A stretch of 64,000 bases of DNA, taken from assembly GCA_963848295.1 (NCBI GenBank), contig CAWKDB010000010.1:3040001-3104000 (forward strand), written 5' to 3'. The notes under the pieces are model-generated. The model did not search any database and had not been told where the DNA came from. It worked only from the letters and a program-made list of their open reading frames with translations. Shown here in pieces: positions 55,464-64,000 of the stretch (the first letter of the stretch is position 1; each line of letters opens with the position of its first letter). The translations under genes and the position numbers were made by a program. The stretch is from an uncultured delta proteobacterium. GTDB lineage: Bacteria; Myxococcota_A; Polyangia; Haliangiales; Haliangiaceae.

Positions 55464-56855
55464 CTAGCCGAGCTCTCCCTCCAGTCGCGCAAGCTCGGCG
55501 AGCACGCGGCCGCGCGCGGGGCCGCCGATGACGTCGCGGCGATCGATCGCGCGCACCGGGTCGAGCCAGCTCGCGACGTCGGCATCGAACGCGGCGTGCG
55601 CCGCGCGTAGCGTCGCGAGATCCAGCGCCGCGAGCTCGACCCCGCGCTCGGTCGCGAGTCTCACGAGATGGCCAGCGACATCGTGCGCCTCCCGAAACGC
55701 GACGCCTCTGGTGACGAGATAGTCGGCGAGCTCGGTCGCAACGAGGTGGCCGCGGTCGATCGCCGCGCGCATGCGCGCCTGATCGAACTCGACGCTCGCG
55801 ACCATGCCGCGCGCGATCGCTAGACACGCCTCGAGGGTCTCGACCGCGTCGTACAGTGGCTCCTGGGTCTCTTGCAGATCTTTGTTGTAGGCGAGCGGCA
55901 AGCCTTTGATCGTCGTCACGAGCGCGACCCAGGCACCGATGACGCGACCGGCTTTGCCGCGCACGAGCTCGGCGAGGTCGGGGTTGATCTTCTGCGGCAT
56001 CAAGCTCGAGCCCGAGCAATACGCTTCGCCGATGCGCGCGAACCCGAACTCCTGAGACGTCCACAGCACGAGCTCTTCGCCGAGCCGCGACAGGTGCACT
56101 TGGCATAGCGCGCACGCCGCCACGAGCTCGATCGCGAAGTCGCGGTCGCCGACTGCATCGAGCGAGTTGCGGGTGACCCCGGCGAACCCGAGCGCGCGTG
56201 CGGTCGCTTCGCGATCGATCGGCAGCGTCGTCGCGGCGAGCGCACCGGATCCGAGCGGCGATTCGTCGGCGCGGCGCGCGGCATCGCCGATTCTCCCGCG
56301 ATCGCGCGAGAGCATCGCCTCGTACGCGAGCAGGTGATGCGCGAGCCGCACCGGCTGCGCGCGTTGCAAGTGCGTGTAGCCCGGCAGCAAGGTGTCGACG
56401 TGCGCGCGTGCCTGTGCGACCAGCGCGCGGCGCAGCTCGTCGATCCGCGCGCGCAGCGTGCTCGCGGCGGCGCGTGCGTACAAGCGCAGGTCGGTCGCGA
56501 CCTGATCGTTGCGACTACGCCCGGTGTGCAATCTGCGGCCGGCCTCGCCGATCTCGTCGATCAACCGCGCTTCGACATTCATGTGGACGTCTTCGAGCGC
56601 GTCGTCCCACGCGAGCTCGCCGGAGGCCAACCGCGCCTCGACCGAACGCAAGCCGCGCACGATCGCTTGCGCATCCGCGGTCGCGATGATGCCGCGCGCC
56701 GCGAGCATCTCGGCGTGCGCGATCGAGCCGGCGACATCGTGCGGCAAGAGCCGGCGATCGAAACCGACCGACGCGTTGACCTTCGCTGCGATCGGGTCGA
56801 GCTCGCCGGCGAATCGCCGACCCCGCGCCCCGGCGGGGCCTTTGCCGTCTGTCAT
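55464..56855 (-). CDS. argH: Argininosuccinate lyase
   Basis: [52 protein letters not shown]. Confidence 0.97.
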   Translation of the reverse strand: MTDGKGPAGARGRRFAGELDPIAAKVNASVGFDRRLLPHDVAGSIAHAEMLAARGIIATADAQAIVRGLRSVEARLASGELAWDDALEDVHMNVEARLIDEIGEAGRRLHTGRSRNDQVATDLRLYARAAASTLRARIDELRRALVAQARAHVDTLLPGYTHLQRAQPVRLAHHLLAYEAMLSRDRGRIGDAARRADESPLGSGALAATTLPIDREATARALGFAGVTRNSLDAVGDRDFAIELVAACALCQVHLSRLGEELVLWTSQEFGFARIGEAYCSGSSLMPQKINPDLAELVRGKAGRVIGAWVALVTTIKGLPLAYNKDLQETQEPLYDAVETLEACLAIARGMVASVEFDQARMRAAIDRGHLVATELADYLVTRGVAFREAHDVAGHLVRLATERGVELAALDLATLRAAHAAFDADVASWLDPVRAIDRRDVIGGPARGRVLAELARLEGELG

Positions 56856-56941
56856 CGCGGCGAGTATAGAGATTTCCGGTGAACCGCGCCCACCGATGAT
56901 GATGCGCCGCGTTGCCCGGTTCCCGAGGTAGGATGGAGGGC

Positions 56942-58186
56942 ATGTCTCCCGGATGGATCGCCGCGTGGCTGGGCTTGGTGCTGAGTAGCGCCTGCTCCCC
57001 GTTTGGCGGCGGCTCGTTCGTGTGCGATCAGAGCTCGCAGTGCAGCCAGGGCTCGGTGGCGGGGACGTGTCAGTCGAACGGGTTTTGTTCATTCGATGAT
57101 TCGTCGTGCGCGAGCGGCCAACGCTACGGCGAGCTCTCGGGCTCGGTCGCGAACAACTGCGTCGGCGGTGGTCCGGGCAGCGACAGTGGCGGGCCAGATG
57201 TGGTCGTCCCGATCGACGCCAGCGTGTGCTTCGACGGTCCACTCGCGTTCTGCTTGACGACGGTCCCGACCTCGCCGCGCACGTTGACCGGCACGATCGC
57301 GACCGATTCGCAGTGCGATCAGATCGTCACGCAGACCGACAACTCGAGCGTCTGCGTCGTGGCCGCGACCAACCTGACGGTGCAAGACCTGCGCGCTACC
57401 GGCACGCAACCGCTCGTGCTCGCCGCCACCGGCACGCTCGAGGTCAGCGGCACGCTCGACGTCTCGAGCCAGCAAGGCCTGCCGCCGGGCGCGGGCGCGC
57501 CAGCGGCCGAATGTTCGATGACCATGGACGGCACCGCGAACACCGGCGGCGGCGGTGGTGGCGCGGGCGGCGGATTCGGCGGCACCGGCGGCAACGGCGG
57601 CAAGGGCAACACCAACGTCGCCGCCGGCACCGGCGGCGCCGTCGTCGTGCCGGTGGTAGTACGCGGCGGCTGCCCGGGCGGCGTAGGCGGGGATGGTTCC
57701 GCGGCAATGAACGGCGGCGTTTCTGGCGCGGCCGGCGGCGCGGTGTACCTCACGGCACTCACGCAGATCACGGTCGACTCCAGCGGCTCGGTGTTCGCGT
57801 CGGGCGCCGGTGGTGGCACCCCGGGCAAGGAGGGCGGTGCCGGCGGTGGTGGCACCGGCGGCATGATCGGCTTCTCGGCGCCGACGATCTCCGTGATGGG
57901 CATCGTCGCGGCGAACGGTGGCGCGGGCGGCGGCGGTGGATCGGCGACCCAGAACGGCAACCCCGGCAGCGACGGGACTACGACGATGTACAACAAGCAA
58001 GCGACGCATGGCTCTGGGAACGGCGGTGGCGATGGCGGTGACGGGACCGACGACGCGAACCCGGGCGGCGCCGCCGGCAAGAACTCGACCGGCGGTGGTG
58101 GCGGCGGCGGTGGCGGCATCGGCGTCGTGTGGGCGCACGGCACGATCACTGGCACAAAGATCTCGCCTGCTCCGACGACGAAGTAG
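56942..58186 (+). CDS. Lipoprotein with Cys-rich N-terminus and Gly-rich (polyglycine) domain
   Basis: LSSAC lipobox, C..SSQC...C...GFC, long GGAGGG tracts. Confidence 0.8.
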   Translation: MSPGWIAAWLGLVLSSACSPFGGGSFVCDQSSQCSQGSVAGTCQSNGFCSFDDSSCASGQRYGELSGSVANNCVGGGPGSDSGGPDVVVPIDASVCFDGPLAFCLTTVPTSPRTLTGTIATDSQCDQIVTQTDNSSVCVVAATNLTVQDLRATGTQPLVLAATGTLEVSGTLDVSSQQGLPPGAGAPAAECSMTMDGTANTGGGGGGAGGGFGGTGGNGGKGNTNVAAGTGGAVVVPVVVRGGCPGGVGGDGSAAMNGGVSGAAGGAVYLTALTQITVDSSGSVFASGAGGGTPGKEGGAGGGGTGGMIGFSAPTISVMGIVAANGGAGGGGGSATQNGNPGSDGTTTMYNKQATHGSGNGGGDGGDGTDDANPGGAAGKNSTGGGGGGGGGIGVVWAHGTITGTKISPAPTTK

Positions 58187-58301
58187 CTCGTGCTTACATA
58201 AAGCTGAGCTTATCGCGCCCGCGCTCGTCGAGGAACCTGCTGCACGGCGATGGCTTTTCGGCTATCGTAGTAACTCAGAGGGTTTGCATCCTCGAAGTAT
58301 C

Positions 58302-60572
58302 GTGGGGCAGCCGGCGCAACAGCGTTCGCGTGATCTCGCGCCGGGCGACAAGCTCGGCCGCTACGACCTGATCCGTCAGATCGCGGTCGGCGGCATGGGC
58401 GAGCTCTACCTGGCGCGGACGCTCGGCGTCGAGGGCTTCGAGAAGCTCGTCGTGTTGAAGCGGATCCTGCCGATTCACGTTTCGACTCCGAGCCTGGTCG
58501 AGATGTTCCTCGGTGAAGCGCGCCTGTCCGCCACGCTCCGTCACGCGAACATCGCGCAGGTCTACGACATCGGCGTCGAGGGCAGCGAGTACTTCTTCAC
58601 GATGGAGTACGTCCACGGCGAGGACCTCGGCCGGATCGCGGCGACCGCCGCCGACAACGGTGTGCCGTTGTCACTCGATGCCTCGCTGACGTTGATCGCC
58701 GGTATGTGCGCGGGGCTGCATTACGCCCACGAAAAAGCGGGCCCGGATCGCAAGCCGCTCGGGATCGTGCACCGCGATGTGTCGCCACCCAACGTACTCG
58801 TGAGCTACGACGGAGGCGTCAAGCTCGTCGACTTCGGCATCGCGCGCGCGGTGACCAAGCCGACGTCCGCGGCCGGCGGGCTCAAAGGCAAGCTCGCGTA
58901 TATGTCGCCGGAGCGCTGCACGAACGATCCGACGATCGATCGCCGCAGCGACGTCTACTCGCTCGGCACGCTGCTATTCGAGCTCGCGACCGGCAGGTTG
59001 CCGTTCGTCGCCGATAGCGAGGATGCGCTCGTCGCGAAGATCATCGGAGAGGACGCTCCATCTGCGCGCGACATCGTGCCGGATTTCCCCGAGACGCTCG
59101 CGAAGATCATCGCGCGGGCGCTCGCGCGCGATCGAGCGGACCGCTACGCGACCGCGCTCGAGATGCAGACCGCGGTCGAGGATTTCGCGCGCGAGAGTCG
59201 CTTGCGGATCTCCGGGCTCGTGCTCGCGCGGCTGATGTCGACGCTGTTCCCGGCGCGACTCGAAGAATGGGATCACGCGCGCAAGCAGGGGGCGTTCTTC
59301 GTCGAACAGCACATCGTCCAGACGATGATCGAGGGCGACGATCGCTCGGGCCCGATCGATGCGTCCGGTCAAGCGCGACCGCCGACGGTCACCGAGATGA
59401 ACGCGATCCCCGACACCAGGCCCACCGCGGCGAGCGGTCCGGCGCTAGCGCCACCGCCGGTCATAGCCCGCGCGGCGACGCCTCCGAGTGGAACCTCTCG
59501 ACCGTCGGCGCCGGGCGCGGCGACGCCTCCGAGCGGAACCTCTCGACCGTCGGCGCCGGTTGCGGCGACGCCTCCGAGCGGAACGTCTCGACCGTCGGCG
59601 CCGGGCGTGACGCCCCCGGCAGTCGCTCGCGCGCCGACGCCAGCGCCCGTCGTTGTAGCGCGCGCATCGACGCCTGCATCGGCAGCGGCAACACACCCGT
59701 CAACGCCGGCGCCCGTGGTCGCTCGCGCGCCGACGCCCGTGGCCACGCCGGTGATCACTCGCGCCCCCACGCCGCCACCGACATCCACTCGCGAACCGAC
59801 GCCGATTCCAGCGCCTGCGCGCGTCGTGTCCCCTGCGGCGGACGCGCCCGCGGTCACGCGGTCGAGACCGATCTCGCGCGCGTTGCCGCGAGTCGCGCCA
59901 GCGCCGAACGGCGATGCGATGCAAGGGTTGCCGGTCGCGGCGGCGGGAACGCTGATCAGCTCGCCCGCGCCCGACGCCGCCGTTCAACCGGTGAGCTCCG
60001 TTGGCGATGTCACGGCGCAGGTCCGTCGGCCGACGAAGCCGGTGAGGCGCGCGCCGTGGATCGCGGGCGGCTTGTTGGTCGCGGCTGGCGCGACCGCGGC
60101 ATGGGCGTTCTCGTTCGGACCGCTCGCGGGCCAAACGACGATCACCTCGACCTCAGCGCCGGCCGTCGTCGAGGAATCGCCGAAGGCGGTCGTGACTCCG
60201 CCGGTCGTGACCCCGCCGGCGGTCGTGACCCCGCCCGCAGTCGTGACCCCGCCGGTCGCCGAGGCAACAACAGCAACGGTCGTGCCTGCGCCGCCGCCGG
60301 TGGTGACGCCCCCGCCGGCCGTGCCAACGCGGGCGGTCGCGCCCCCGAAGGCAGTCGCTCAGCCGCCGGTCGCGAAGAAGATCGTCAAGCGTCCGAAGCG
60401 CGCGCTGGCGCCTCGTCACCCAAAACCGAGCGCGCTCGAACCGAAGCCGGATAAGCTGCCGGAGGCGCAACCCGCGCCGTCGCCACCAGTGCCCGCGCGA
60501 GACCCGAAGCCCGAGACCAAAGACCAGCCTTGGAACGCAGACTCTCCCTTCATGCCGGTTCGCGCGCACTAG
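58302..60572 (+). CDS. Membrane Ser/Thr kinase with long Pro/Ala-rich linker
   Basis: IAVGGMGELY, HRDVSPPN, DFG, KGKLAYMSPE, TM segment, C-terminal WNADSPF. Confidence 0.92.
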   Translation: MGQPAQQRSRDLAPGDKLGRYDLIRQIAVGGMGELYLARTLGVEGFEKLVVLKRILPIHVSTPSLVEMFLGEARLSATLRHANIAQVYDIGVEGSEYFFTMEYVHGEDLGRIAATAADNGVPLSLDASLTLIAGMCAGLHYAHEKAGPDRKPLGIVHRDVSPPNVLVSYDGGVKLVDFGIARAVTKPTSAAGGLKGKLAYMSPERCTNDPTIDRRSDVYSLGTLLFELATGRLPFVADSEDALVAKIIGEDAPSARDIVPDFPETLAKIIARALARDRADRYATALEMQTAVEDFARESRLRISGLVLARLMSTLFPARLEEWDHARKQGAFFVEQHIVQTMIEGDDRSGPIDASGQARPPTVTEMNAIPDTRPTAASGPALAPPPVIARAATPPSGTSRPSAPGAATPPSGTSRPSAPVAATPPSGTSRPSAPGVTPPAVARAPTPAPVVVARASTPASAAATHPSTPAPVVARAPTPVATPVITRAPTPPPTSTREPTPIPAPARVVSPAADAPAVTRSRPISRALPRVAPAPNGDAMQGLPVAAAGTLISSPAPDAAVQPVSSVGDVTAQVRRPTKPVRRAPWIAGGLLVAAGATAAWAFSFGPLAGQTTITSTSAPAVVEESPKAVVTPPVVTPPAVVTPPAVVTPPVAEATTATVVPAPPPVVTPPPAVPTRAVAPPKAVAQPPVAKKIVKRPKRALAPRHPKPSALEPKPDKLPEAQPAPSPPVPARDPKPETKDQPWNADSPFMPVRAH
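59472..59606 (+). repeat. Three 45-bp in-frame tandem repeats
   Basis: Encodes AATPPSGTSRPSAP(G/V) three times inside the kinase linker. Confidence 0.9.
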
Positions 60573-61297
60573 CGCTCGCGCTCGTGCTCGCCGGCGCGAC
60601 GTCCGCACACGCGGCGCCGCATGGCGTCGACGCGAAGGCGCAGTTCGATCGCGGTGCTGGCGCGTACAATAACAACGACTACGCCGGGGCCTCCGATGCG
60701 TTCGCAAAGTCGTTCGCGCTCGAACCCGATCCGGAGACGCTGTTCGCGTGGGCACAGGCGGAGCGCAAGCTCGGGCACTGCGGTAAAGCGATCGAGCTCT
60801 ACGACAAGCTCCTCGCGATGCAGCTACCTGCCGAAAATCGCGACGCCGTGACGAAGCTGCGCGCCGAGTGTCAGCAGCTCGCCGATCAGGTAGCGACGGC
60901 ACACCCGCCACCGATCGAGCCCGAGCACCATGCGCCGCCGATCGCGCCGCGGTTGGTCGATCAACCCGAGCATTGGTGGCATGACGGCTTCGGCGACACC
61001 TTGCTCGTGATCGGGGTCGCCGGGCTCGCGGTCGGAGCCGTGTGCCTCGTGCAGGCGCACACCGCCGATCAAGACAAGGCGACGGCGACGAACTACTTCG
61101 ACTACAAAGCCGACGTCGATCGAGCCAGCTCCCGCGGCCAGCTCGGCGTGATCTTCAGCGCCGCCGGCGGGGTCGTGCTCGCCGCGAGCATCGTGCACTA
61201 CATCGCGCACGGCCATTCGTCACACGCACCAGCGTCGTCGGCCTCGGCATGGGTCACGCCGAACGGCGGCGGCCTCGTGTGGTCCCGGCGATTTTAG
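60530..61297 (+). CDS. TPR-containing membrane protein
   Basis: Signal peptide, FDRGAGAYNNNDYAGA...LFAWAQAERKLGHCGKAIELY, two hydrophobic segments; overlaps the kinase 3' end. Confidence 0.85.
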   Translation: MERRLSLHAGSRALALALVLAGATSAHAAPHGVDAKAQFDRGAGAYNNNDYAGASDAFAKSFALEPDPETLFAWAQAERKLGHCGKAIELYDKLLAMQLPAENRDAVTKLRAECQQLADQVATAHPPPIEPEHHAPPIAPRLVDQPEHWWHDGFGDTLLVIGVAGLAVGAVCLVQAHTADQDKATATNYFDYKADVDRASSRGQLGVIFSAAGGVVLAASIVHYIAHGHSSHAPASSASAWVTPNGGGLVWSRRF

Positions 61298-61372
61298 TGA
61301 TCCGCGAGGCCGGCGGCGAGCTGAATGTACTCCTCGATGTACTGGTCGGCGCGGGTCGTCGACCTCGTCGCG

Positions 61373-63736
61373 TCACCAGTCCTTGATGCGAAGCTGGCTC
61401 CAGCAATCCTTCTTGCCATCGCCGAACACCGACGGCCGGGTCGCGGTCTTCACGTTGATGTCCGTACCTGCGTTCGAGCGACACAGCTTGGTGCCCTCGG
61501 GGCGCGGCTTCTTCCCGATGTACACGAGCACGGGTCGTTGCTCGTAAAGGGTCACGCCGTGACGCTTCAGCCCGTCGACGAGCAACGGGAACTCGGCCGC
61601 GTGATGGTCCGTGTACGCATAGTCGTACAGGTTGTTGTAGGCCATGATGCAGTGCAGATCGCCCGAGGCCTCCGACGGTGATCGGGCGAGATCCATGTTC
61701 GGATCATTCGTCGGCCAGGCTCTCGGCTTGCCGTCGAGGTCGACGAGGTACGCCGTGCCAGCCGCGACGAAGCTCTTGTACACCCCGACGTCCTCGGAGC
61801 GATCGCCGTGATGATGTATGCCGACGGCGTGTCCGAGCTCGTGCGCGGCCGCGTACGCCTGGTTCGCGGCGACCGATCGGGCACTTTGCGTCTTGGCGGC
61901 CTCCGCTGCGGCCTTGTAGTCGATGTCGAGCTCGATGACGTGGCCCGGCGAGGCCGCGGTGTGATCGCGAGCGGCGGCTCTCGACGCCATATCACTGCCA
62001 CCCGGCGGCTTGTCGGGCACGGTCTCGGCGATTCCGCCGGGCGTGGGCGTGGGCTTGTTGTACGCGACGACGCCGTGCTGTCCGCCGCCCCTGGCGAACG
62101 ACGAGTTCGCGTTGACGAGGTGGGTGTCCTTCGGAAGCTCGCCATCGATGCAGACGTGCACGTCGACGGCCGGGGCGGCGGCGGCCTCGAAGATCGCCGC
62201 GGCGGCCCCGAGATCGTTCCCGGTCTTGTTGAGCAGGAACAGGTCCTTCTTCTTTGGATCGAGGCGCACGTGGGTGCCGTTGACGACCGCGCCGCGATAT
62301 TCTTCGTACAGGGTCAGGCCGTCACCATCGAAGTTGTTGCCGTCGAAGTGCTCCTTGTCGCTCGTGGCGTCGATGTCGGTGAGCTGCTCGGCGTGCTCCC
62401 ACGCGTCGGCGATGTGGTTGTCGTTATCGTCGAGGGGGATCTTCGCGTCGGGCACGTTCGCACCTGCGAGGTGCGCGTCCAGGCCTTCGCCGGTCTTGAG
62501 CTGCACGTGCGCGCGCAGCTTGCCGTACGCGCCGAAGTCCTTGCTTTGCACCATCGCCATCACGAACGCACCCTGATCCGGCGTTGTCGTCAGCGTCGTG
62601 TCGGTCAGTTGCTGCACGCCGCTCAGCTTGGCGACGAGCGGATGCCACACGAGATCGTTATCCGCCTTGCCGTTTTCCGGCATGTTGATCGAGTACCCCG
62701 GCTCGTGTGACGACTCGAGCGCGTATCTGACCTGGAACGGGACGTTCGTGACCCTCTCGCCGGGGTTGGCTTTCTTCACGAGGTAGACCCGGAATGCGAC
62801 CGTGTCGAGCTTGCCGTCCTTGGCGCCGGGGTGGGGGCCGATCGGCACGAACTTCGAATAGGTTGCGAGCTGGGCGCCGGGGACGCTCGCGATCGGCTCG
62901 AGGATCGCCTCGTAGGTCTCGGGCTGGCCGCCGATCGACACGACGAGGTCGGTCGTGATCGTCCGCGAGCCGACCTTCTTTTCGGTCGCGGTCGGAGGAT
63001 TGAGCTTGTCGATCGGAAACTCCCGCGACTCGTGAAAACCGATCTGGAAGCCCGTGCTGGTCTTGGCGACGGTCAGGTCGTTGTCTTGCGCGAGACGCCC
63101 CATCGCTTGTTTCAAGGCGACCGCACTCGGTCCGAGGACCGCCCACTGTGCGGCGGTCGACAGGTTCGCGTTGGCCATCGATGCCGCGAACGAGTCTGCG
63201 CTCGAGCCGGCGACCTGACCGCCGTCGACCGTCTGGTCGGCGTTGGGCGGAGCATGCACCTTGATCGTCCCAGCGCCCTTGGACGGGCCGAACCCGGGTG
63301 ACAGCGACAACTCGCCCTGCGTGCTCTGCCGGGAGTAACGCAAGGAAAAATACAGCTTCGCGATGTCGAGGTCGGAGTGCGCGCGGAGATGGGACGAGCT
63401 CGTCGTGTCACAGAACTTCGAGTCGGTCTGGATCTGATAATCGAACGAGCCTTGCCCGGTCAGCGGCTTGGCGCCCGCGGGCATCGGATCGGTCGGGACG
63501 TCGAGCGAGATCTCGTCGGTATCGTCGGACATCGGGAATGCCTCGGAGCCGATCGAGACGGATTCGGTGAATGTCATCTGGCTTCGCTTCATGCTCCCGC
63601 ACGCATTGGCTTCGGTCACCGTGCCCGTCTCGGTGACCGTACGCTTGAACGTCACCTGGACGCGAACCATGCGATCCGGCGACGCGGACGCTGCGGTGGC
63701 GAGAAAGATCAGAAGGAACGCCCCCCGGTTGAGCAT
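61373..63736 (-). CDS. Secreted metzincin-type zinc metalloprotease-like protein
   Basis: Signal peptide, DDNDNHIADAWE and DGDGLTLYEE acidic loops, HELGHAVGIHH (HExxHxxGxxH), CIMAY Met-turn. Confidence 0.75.
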   Translation of the reverse strand: MLNRGAFLLIFLATAASASPDRMVRVQVTFKRTVTETGTVTEANACGSMKRSQMTFTESVSIGSEAFPMSDDTDEISLDVPTDPMPAGAKPLTGQGSFDYQIQTDSKFCDTTSSSHLRAHSDLDIAKLYFSLRYSRQSTQGELSLSPGFGPSKGAGTIKVHAPPNADQTVDGGQVAGSSADSFAASMANANLSTAAQWAVLGPSAVALKQAMGRLAQDNDLTVAKTSTGFQIGFHESREFPIDKLNPPTATEKKVGSRTITTDLVVSIGGQPETYEAILEPIASVPGAQLATYSKFVPIGPHPGAKDGKLDTVAFRVYLVKKANPGERVTNVPFQVRYALESSHEPGYSINMPENGKADNDLVWHPLVAKLSGVQQLTDTTLTTTPDQGAFVMAMVQSKDFGAYGKLRAHVQLKTGEGLDAHLAGANVPDAKIPLDDNDNHIADAWEHAEQLTDIDATSDKEHFDGNNFDGDGLTLYEEYRGAVVNGTHVRLDPKKKDLFLLNKTGNDLGAAAAIFEAAAAPAVDVHVCIDGELPKDTHLVNANSSFARGGGQHGVVAYNKPTPTPGGIAETVPDKPPGGSDMASRAAARDHTAASPGHVIELDIDYKAAAEAAKTQSARSVAANQAYAAAHELGHAVGIHHHGDRSEDVGVYKSFVAAGTAYLVDLDGKPRAWPTNDPNMDLARSPSEASGDLHCIMAYNNLYDYAYTDHHAAEFPLLVDGLKRHGVTLYEQRPVLVYIGKKPRPEGTKLCRSNAGTDINVKTATRPSVFGDGKKDCWSQLRIKDW

Positions 63737-63824
63737 CCCGCCACTATATACGAGACGATCGCAGCGGTGACACGATGGTAGTGTCGTTCATCGTCGGTGA
63801 GGCTCGTGTGCGCCCCGTTCTTGG

Positions 63825-64000
63825 TCAGCCGATTTCTTCGGCGTAGGTCATCACGAGATACATCACCGCATCGCTGCGTCCCGGGTTGCGGTACGCGTGC
63901 GGCGTATCGGCCTCGAACAAGATCGAGTCGCCCGCTTCGAGGCGATGCGTGTCGCCCGCGACATCGATCTCGATCGTGCCGGCGGTAACGACGAGGTTCT
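63825..64000 (-). CDS. 3' end of a cupin-domain protein (probably XRE-cupin regulator), partial
   Basis: Manual translation NLVVTAGTIEIDVAGDTHRLEAGDSILFEADTPHAYRNPG...YAEEIG*; not in the ORF track. Confidence 0.8.
   Translation of the reverse strand, partial: NLVVTAGTIEIDVAGDTHRLEAGDSILFEADTPHAYRNPGRSDAVMYLVMTYAEEIG

Overview
GC-rich window from what looks like a myxobacterium (Myxococcota; inferred from four Ser/Thr kinases, TPR/PEGA proteins and Cys-rich lipoproteins). Positions 4.8-31.9 kb hold a minus-strand division/cell-wall (dcw) cluster: rsmH-ftsL-ftsI-murE/murF(fused)-mraY-murD-ftsW-murG-murC-murB-ddl-ftsQ-ftsA-ftsZ. It has no mraZ and is broken at five junctions by 11 small secreted/lipoprotein genes, four of them a paralogous ExbD/TolR-like family. 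To the left are a truncated HUH (RAYT-like) transposase, an SGNH/NmrA/TetR cassette and a four-helix-bundle remnant. To the right are a degenerate Fic gene with arfB, an RCC1-repeat gene disrupted by IS630, sahR-ahcY, kinase-TPR modules, a di-heme oxidoreductase, lysA, a Fur-box-like site before a cytochrome P460-fold lipoprotein and a beta-barrel, argH, and a secreted metzincin. The most interesting unannotated signals are a dispersed ~29-bp repeat in doublets of 65-67 bp period, an AT-rich motif shared upstream of ftsL/ftsQ/ftsZ, and the ExbD-like family. Single-base frameshifts in ftsZ, the murB start and the FN3 gene are probably sequencing errors. No cas genes, tRNA or rRNA were recognised. 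All family assignments come from reading motifs by eye; no searches were run.
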